A DNA stretch of 32,000 bases from Pseudoalteromonas tetraodonis (GTDB lineage: Bacteria; Pseudomonadota; Gammaproteobacteria; Enterobacterales; Alteromonadaceae). The DNA lies in NCBI RefSeq assembly GCF_002310835.1, contig NZ_CP011041.1:1320001-1352000 (forward strand), given 5' to 3'. The notes below the pieces were generated by a model that saw only the letters and a program-made list of their open reading frames with translations, searched no databases and had not been told where the DNA came from. A program made the translations under genes and the position numbers. Position 1 is the first letter of the stretch, and each line of letters starts with the position of its first letter. Positions 27,222 through 32,000 of this stretch are shown piece by piece.

Positions 27222-28352
27222 ATGAAAAGCATGATAAAAATTATCGGGTTAAGTTTAATTTTATTGTTTAATAATGTGACATTGGCTGCTCAACAAAATG
27301 TAGTGTTAGTCACCCTTGACGGCGTACGCTGGCAGGAAGTATTTAATGGTGCCGATAAAAACCTGCTCAATAATAAAGAATTTGTTAAGCAACCAGCACA
27401 GTTAAGCAATGAATTTTGGGATGAAAGGGTGCAACAGCGCCAGCAATTATTAATGCCGTTTTTAACACAAACGATTGCCACTCAAGGCGTAATTATTGGC
27501 GACAGAGCAAACGGCTCAGCGATGTCGGTGAGTAATCCATGGTATTTTTCATACCCTGGTTATAACGAAATTCTTACCGGCGAAGTGGATGAAAACATTA
27601 ACAGTAACGATAAAGTATTTAATCCAAATAAAACCATTTTAGAGCGATTAGATGCGCAGCCTGAATTTAAAAACAGCACGGCTTTATTTGGTAGCTGGGA
27701 TGTGTTTCCTTACATTGTAAATACTAAGCGTACTAATGTGTATGTAAACGCGGGGTTTATGCCTATCGCCGATGATTTATTTGCCGATGCGCCCCTGTTA
27801 AAAGCATTACAAACAGAAATCCCCAGCCCATGGCACAATGTGCGGCTTGATAGTTTTACCTATCGATTTGCTAAAGCCTATATGCTGGCGAAAAAGCCTA
27901 AATTACTGGTTATTAGCTTAGGAGAAACTGACGACTTTGCTCACGATGGCCATTACGATGCTTACTTAAAGTCGGCCAAACAAAGCGATGCATTTTTAAA
28001 AGATTTATGGCAAACCATTCAAAGCACAGCAGGTTATAAAAATAATACTACGTTAATTGTTACTACCGATCATGGCCGTGGCAGCTACGCAAACGATTGG
28101 CAACATCACAGCTCTAAACGGGCATTAGCAAAGTCGGAGCAGGGTAAAAAGGCATTTCCTGAGGGAATTATTGGCTCAGATCATATTTGGCTTGCTGCCA
28201 TTGGCCCTACAATTAAAGGTAATGGCTTAATAAAAACCGATAATGAGCTTAAACAAGCGCAAATTGCCGCCACCGTTTTAAAAGCACTTGGGCAAAACCC
28301 AAACACGATTAACCCTAATATGGCACCGGCTATTAATGAGATTTTAAAATGA
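27222..28352 (+). CDS. Secreted alkaline-phosphatase-superfamily enzyme, NPP-like (type I phosphodiesterase/nucleotide pyrophosphatase-like)
   Basis: I prefer the start at ATG 27222 (MKSMIKIIGLSLILLFNNVTLAA, a signal peptide). The track ATG at 27186 lies inside the terminator stem. The motifs VVLVTLDGVRW, FSYPGYNEILTG (aligns to the NPP nucleophile loop), ETDDFAHDGH and TTDHGRG support the family call. Confidence 0.7.
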   Translation: MKSMIKIIGLSLILLFNNVTLAAQQNVVLVTLDGVRWQEVFNGADKNLLNNKEFVKQPAQLSNEFWDERVQQRQQLLMPFLTQTIATQGVIIGDRANGSAMSVSNPWYFSYPGYNEILTGEVDENINSNDKVFNPNKTILERLDAQPEFKNSTALFGSWDVFPYIVNTKRTNVYVNAGFMPIADDLFADAPLLKALQTEIPSPWHNVRLDSFTYRFAKAYMLAKKPKLLVISLGETDDFAHDGHYDAYLKSAKQSDAFLKDLWQTIQSTAGYKNNTTLIVTTDHGRGSYANDWQHHSSKRALAKSEQGKKAFPEGIIGSDHIWLAAIGPTIKGNGLIKTDNELKQAQIAATVLKALGQNPNTINPNMAPAINEILK

Positions 28353-29410
28353 AACAGTTACTAAAAACCCTTAAGCATTCAGCGCTGTTACTTGCTTTTG
28401 TTATTAGTGGTGGCGCAATGGCTGCGCCGTCTAAAATATTGTTTGGCTCGTGTGGGCATCAAGATAAAGACATCCCCATCTTTAATGCGATTAACAAAGA
28501 GCAGGGTGATTTATTTATATTTTTAGGCGATAACATTTATGGCGATACTAACGACATGGCCGTGCTTAAAAATAAATACCAACGATTAGGGGCAAAGCCT
28601 GGCTTTAAAACCTTAAAAGCAAATACACCATTAATAGCCATGTGGGACGATCACGACTATGGTCAAAACGATGCGGGTAAAGAGTACCCGCATAAAGAAG
28701 CATCACGGCAAATTATGCTCGATTTTTGGGATGAACCGGCAAACTCAGCGCGCCGTACTCGTGCTGATGGTATTTATACCTCGTACATGTATGGCAAAGG
28801 CGAGCAAACCGTGCAGGTGATCATGCCTGACTTACGTTTTAATCGCGATAAGCTTAATTCAGTGAGCGAACTTGAGTATTACACCAAGCGTAAAGCAAAT
28901 AACCAAGGACCGTACAGTCCAACTGAAGTAAAAGGCGCGTCTATGCTAGGGGAGGCGCAGTGGCAATGGCTTGAAGCCGAACTTAAAAAACCAGCAGCGA
29001 TTAAACTAATTGCATCAAGCTTGCAGTTACTGCCTGATTTTACTGGCTGGGAATCGTGGGCAAATTTTCCAGAGGATAGAAACCGTTTATTTGCGTTAAT
29101 TAAAAAACACCAAATAAATGGCGTGGTGATCATCAGCGGCGATACCCATTGGGGGGAAATTTCAAGGTATCAACATAATCTTGATTACCCACTCTTTGAA
29201 ATGACCAGCTCAGGCTTAACTGAAAAGTGGAAAGACGTTAGCCCAAATAAACATCGTGTCGGTGATTACACGCATAATGTTAACTATGGCGATTTAACCA
29301 TTGATTGGCAGCAAGCAGATCCAGGCTTGTCACTTAAGCTCAAAGGCATTGATGGTAACGTAATAATGCAAAGTGACTTTAGCTTATCTAGCATAAGCCC
29401 ATACCAATAG
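28349..29410 (+). CDS. PhoD-like alkaline phosphatase / metallophosphoesterase
   Basis: 353 aa with a signal peptide. The motifs are FLGDNIYGD, WDDHDYGQND and ISGDTHWGE. Its start overlaps the upstream stop codon (ATGA at 28349-28352). Confidence 0.8.
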   Translation: MKQLLKTLKHSALLLAFVISGGAMAAPSKILFGSCGHQDKDIPIFNAINKEQGDLFIFLGDNIYGDTNDMAVLKNKYQRLGAKPGFKTLKANTPLIAMWDDHDYGQNDAGKEYPHKEASRQIMLDFWDEPANSARRTRADGIYTSYMYGKGEQTVQVIMPDLRFNRDKLNSVSELEYYTKRKANNQGPYSPTEVKGASMLGEAQWQWLEAELKKPAAIKLIASSLQLLPDFTGWESWANFPEDRNRLFALIKKHQINGVVIISGDTHWGEISRYQHNLDYPLFEMTSSGLTEKWKDVSPNKHRVGDYTHNVNYGDLTIDWQQADPGLSLKLKGIDGNVIMQSDFSLSSISPYQ

Positions 29411-29424
29411 TTGGTTTAATATAA

Positions 29425-29459
29425 AAACGCACAGTGACTAAAGTGAGTCCTGTGCGTTT
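29425..29459 (+). terminator. Hairpin downstream of the phosphatase operon; weak terminator
   Basis: aaacgcacag (29425-29434) pairs with ctgtgcgttt (29450-29459) around a 15-nt loop. Only a short T run follows. A second hairpin, aaatcagc/gctgattt, lies at 29463-29495. Confidence 0.4.
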
Positions 29460-29578
29460 AAAAAATCAGCTAGCTACTGGCTAACATGCTGATTTATTAA
29501 CGCCAATTCCTCCTTAGCGCTACCGCTTAAATTGAAAATATCTTACACTGGCTTTATCTCAAGTAAGGCTGGTATCGT

Positions 29579-32000
29579 ATGCTCAATATTATTCAATCAA
29601 ACCGTATGGAAGCCCTGCAAGCGCAGTTTCATCAACTGTTAAAAATAAACCCATTGCAAAGCCCATTTGATAAAGAAGTGGTGTTAGTGCAATCGCCGGG
29701 TATGTCGCAATGGCTTAAAATAGGTTTAAGTGAAAATTTAGGCGTAGCTGCACAGGTAGACTTTCCGCTACCATCGAGTTTTATTTGGCAGTTGTACCAG
29801 CAACTATTGCCAAACGTGCCTAAAGAGTCGGCGTTTAATAAACCGAACCTTGCTTGGAAACTGTTTGCAATTTTACCTACTTGTATTGACGAGCCACTGT
29901 TTTTACCCCTAAAAACCTATTTAGAGGGGGATATTGACGGCCAAAAAACCTTTGCCCTATGTGAAAAAATAGCCGATGTGTACGACCAATATTTAATGTA
30001 TCGCCCCCATTGGATAGCCACTTGGGATAGCGGGGTTGATACGCTTGACGATGTAGATATCAGCATTGCTCCTTGGCAACCCGATTTGTGGCGCCGCCTT
30101 GTTAAATTAAGTAAAACACTTGGGCAAAGCCAATTTCACCGCGCCAACATGCAAGGACAATTACTCAGCGCCCTTGAGAGTATGGATGGCAGCTTATTGC
30201 CAAAGCGTATTAGCCTATTTGGTATATCGGCGATTGCCAGCTCACAGCTTGACGTGTTTGAAGCCTTGAGTAAAAAAACTGAGGTGTTTTTATTCTTTTT
30301 TAACCCCAGCGAGCATTATTGGGGCGATATAATCGATGAAAAAACAGCGGCTAAAATAAACGCTAAATACGCCAAAATGCCGCTGGTGGAAGCGCAGCAA
30401 AAAAAGCAAACGAATCCTGATGAAGAATACTATTTTATTGGTAATCCGTTGTTGTCCTCGTGGGGTAAACTCGGCCGCGATTATTTTGAGCAACTGGTGC
30501 AGCTTGATGCCCGTTGGATTGATGGTTTTATTGATGCGTTTGACGATACCTTACTTGGGCAAGTGCAAAGCGAAATATACCAACTTGCCTTTAAAGGTGA
30601 ATCGCTTACCGATAACAAAGAATGGTTTATAAACGATGAGGGTAAACTGCCCATAAGTGCACACGATACCAGCATTACGTTAAGTGACTGCCACACGCCA
30701 TTAAGGGAAGTCGAGCGCCTGCACGACTACTTACTCAATTTGTTTAATCAAAACCCAACGCTTACCCCCAAAGACATCATTGTGATGATGCCTGATGTAG
30801 GTACTTATAGCCCTTACATTGAGGCCGTTTTTGGTGGTGCGCAGGGCAGTCGATTTATACCATACGCCCTTGCCGATTTAGCCATAGAGCAAGAAAAACC
30901 AGTACTGAGCTCGTTTGCCAGTTTAGCTAATTTACCGTTTTCGCGCTTTGGCGTGTCGGATATTCTTGATTTATTACAGGTTACGCAAATTGCCGAAAAA
31001 TTTGGCCTAGAGGCCCATGAATACGAGCAAATACATTATTGGCTTGAGCGAGTAGGGGTAAAGTGGGGTATAAACGCTGAGCATAAACAAAGCTTTGATT
31101 TACCCGCCATTGATTTAAATACCTGGCAACATGGCTTGAACCGCTTATTACTGGGGATTGCCATGCGCGACGAACAGTGCCCATTTAATGGCATTTACAG
31201 CGCCGATGAAGTAGAAGGTATGGCGCTTGATACTCTCAATAAGCTGGTGCATTTTATTGATGTGCTTCAAGACTTTAAAGCGAAACTCACCCCTGATGAT
31301 ACGCTTACCAATAAAGCCCATATATTAAGTGAGCTACTCAATGCTGTGTATGAGAGCGAAAGCGATGATAGCTGGGATTTATTAGTGCTGCAAAAAGTGC
31401 TCGAAGACATTGCGAAGCACCACGACAACGGCGACTACAGTAAAGCCGTTTCGCAGCGCATAGTGAGCTATCTAATCAAGCAAGGTATACAAGAAAAAGG
31501 TGTAGGCCAGCGCTTTTTAGTAGGACAAGTGAACTTTTGTACTCTCATGCCCATGCGTGCCGTGCCGTTTAAGGTGGTGTGTATGCTAGGCTTAAACGAT
31601 GCCGATTACCCGCGCACGGTGCAGCCAATCGGATTTGATTTAGTGCCGTATTCTAAAAAGCAAAAAGGTGATCGTTCACGTAAACTCGATGACCGTTACC
31701 TCTTTTTAGAAGCGCTCTTAAGTGCTCGAGATAATTTATATATGAGCTACATTGGCCGCTCGTGTTTTGACAACCAGCCGCGCATGCCATCAACGCTTGT
31801 CAGTGAGCTTTTAGAATACATTGGACGCAGTTTTAAACTTAGCGAACCCAGTGATAAACCCTTGCCTGAATGCCTTATTACGCAGCAGCATTTGCAGCCT
31901 TTTAATAGTCTGTATTACTCAGCTCCTAGCGATGAACAGGCGGGAGTAAATAATCACAGCTATAACCCAATTTGGCTGCCTAGCGAGGCTATTGAGCCAA
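29579..32000 (+). CDS. recC: Exodeoxyribonuclease V gamma subunit RecC, N-terminal ~807 codons; the gene continues past the right edge of the window
   Basis: My translation from ATG 29579 is MLNIIQSNRMEALQAQFHQLLKINPLQSPFDKEVVLVQSPGMSQWLKIGLSENLGVAAQVDFPLPSSFIWQLY...KESAFNK, which closely resembles the E. coli RecC N-terminus. A spot check at 31502 gives VGQRFLVGQVNFCTLMPMRAVPFKVVCMLGLNDADYPR, also RecC-like. The frame is open to the window end. Confidence 0.9.
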   Translation, partial: MLNIIQSNRMEALQAQFHQLLKINPLQSPFDKEVVLVQSPGMSQWLKIGLSENLGVAAQVDFPLPSSFIWQLYQQLLPNVPKESAFNKPNLAWKLFAILPTCIDEPLFLPLKTYLEGDIDGQKTFALCEKIADVYDQYLMYRPHWIATWDSGVDTLDDVDISIAPWQPDLWRRLVKLSKTLGQSQFHRANMQGQLLSALESMDGSLLPKRISLFGISAIASSQLDVFEALSKKTEVFLFFFNPSEHYWGDIIDEKTAAKINAKYAKMPLVEAQQKKQTNPDEEYYFIGNPLLSSWGKLGRDYFEQLVQLDARWIDGFIDAFDDTLLGQVQSEIYQLAFKGESLTDNKEWFINDEGKLPISAHDTSITLSDCHTPLREVERLHDYLLNLFNQNPTLTPKDIIVMMPDVGTYSPYIEAVFGGAQGSRFIPYALADLAIEQEKPVLSSFASLANLPFSRFGVSDILDLLQVTQIAEKFGLEAHEYEQIHYWLERVGVKWGINAEHKQSFDLPAIDLNTWQHGLNRLLLGIAMRDEQCPFNGIYSADEVEGMALDTLNKLVHFIDVLQDFKAKLTPDDTLTNKAHILSELLNAVYESESDDSWDLLVLQKVLEDIAKHHDNGDYSKAVSQRIVSYLIKQGIQEKGVGQRFLVGQVNFCTLMPMRAVPFKVVCMLGLNDADYPRTVQPIGFDLVPYSKKQKGDRSRKLDDRYLFLEALLSARDNLYMSYIGRSCFDNQPRMPSTLVSELLEYIGRSFKLSEPSDKPLPECLITQQHLQPFNSLYYSAPSDEQAGVNNHSYNPIWLPSEAIEP

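Noticed and set aside
30290-31184. Short ORFs on both strands (30290..30493, 30420..30632, 30481..30696, 30981..31184).
   Set aside because: All fall inside the open recC frame, whose translation matches RecC both at the N-terminus and at a spot check near 31502. They are out-of-frame or antisense artefacts.

Overview
The window has two parts. Positions 1 to about 16051 are the right-hand part of a horizontally acquired genomic island. Positions 16104 to 32000 look like ordinary core genome of a marine gammaproteobacterium; an Alteromonadales or Pseudoalteromonas origin is only my inference from gene content and AT-rich codon usage.

Island genes, left to right:
- The promoter-proximal half of a type 1 BREX phage-defence operon on the minus strand: brxR (WYL regulator), brxA, brxB, brxC, and the 5' 1.87 kb of pglX, which runs off the window.
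- An unusual 465-aa protein with five tandem CxxH...CxxC zinc-ribbon modules and a C-terminal GIY-YIG/T5orf172-like domain.
- alpA.
- A tight four-gene operon: RadC-like JAB protein, DUF2787-like protein, a catalytic-domain-only tyrosine recombinase, and a Gly/Ala-rich membrane peptide.
- An inovirus-Gp2/YfjJ-like gene cleanly split by an IS3-family element with 26-bp imperfect terminal inverted repeats and a 3-bp CTG target duplication.
- A very AT-rich divergent pair of orphan genes (451 aa with two wHTH-like segments, 176 aa with an RHH-like segment) around a repeat-dense control region.

The island appears to end at a 20-21 nt tRNA 3'-end fragment (16031-16051, ...GAATCCCTCTCTCTCCACCA) followed by a terminator. 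That is the signature of an att site.

Core genes:
- A 7TMR-DISM GGDEF cyclase.
- A TsdA-like diheme cytochrome c.
- A soluble CZB-type chemoreceptor.
- A DUF2750-like protein.
- A TetR regulator divergent from an OYE-family flavin reductase, with three TTGAA-N6-TTCAA operator-like sites between them.
- A triple-PAS soluble chemoreceptor.
- A TonB-dependent receptor, NPP-like phosphodiesterase and PhoD-like phosphatase cluster.
- The 5' 2.4 kb of recC.

The best candidates for something undescribed are the zinc-ribbon-array/GIY-YIG gene next to BREX, the AT-rich orphan gene pair with its operator array, and the radC-DUF2787-mini-recombinase-peptide operon. All family names come from motif recognition by eye; no database search was possible.
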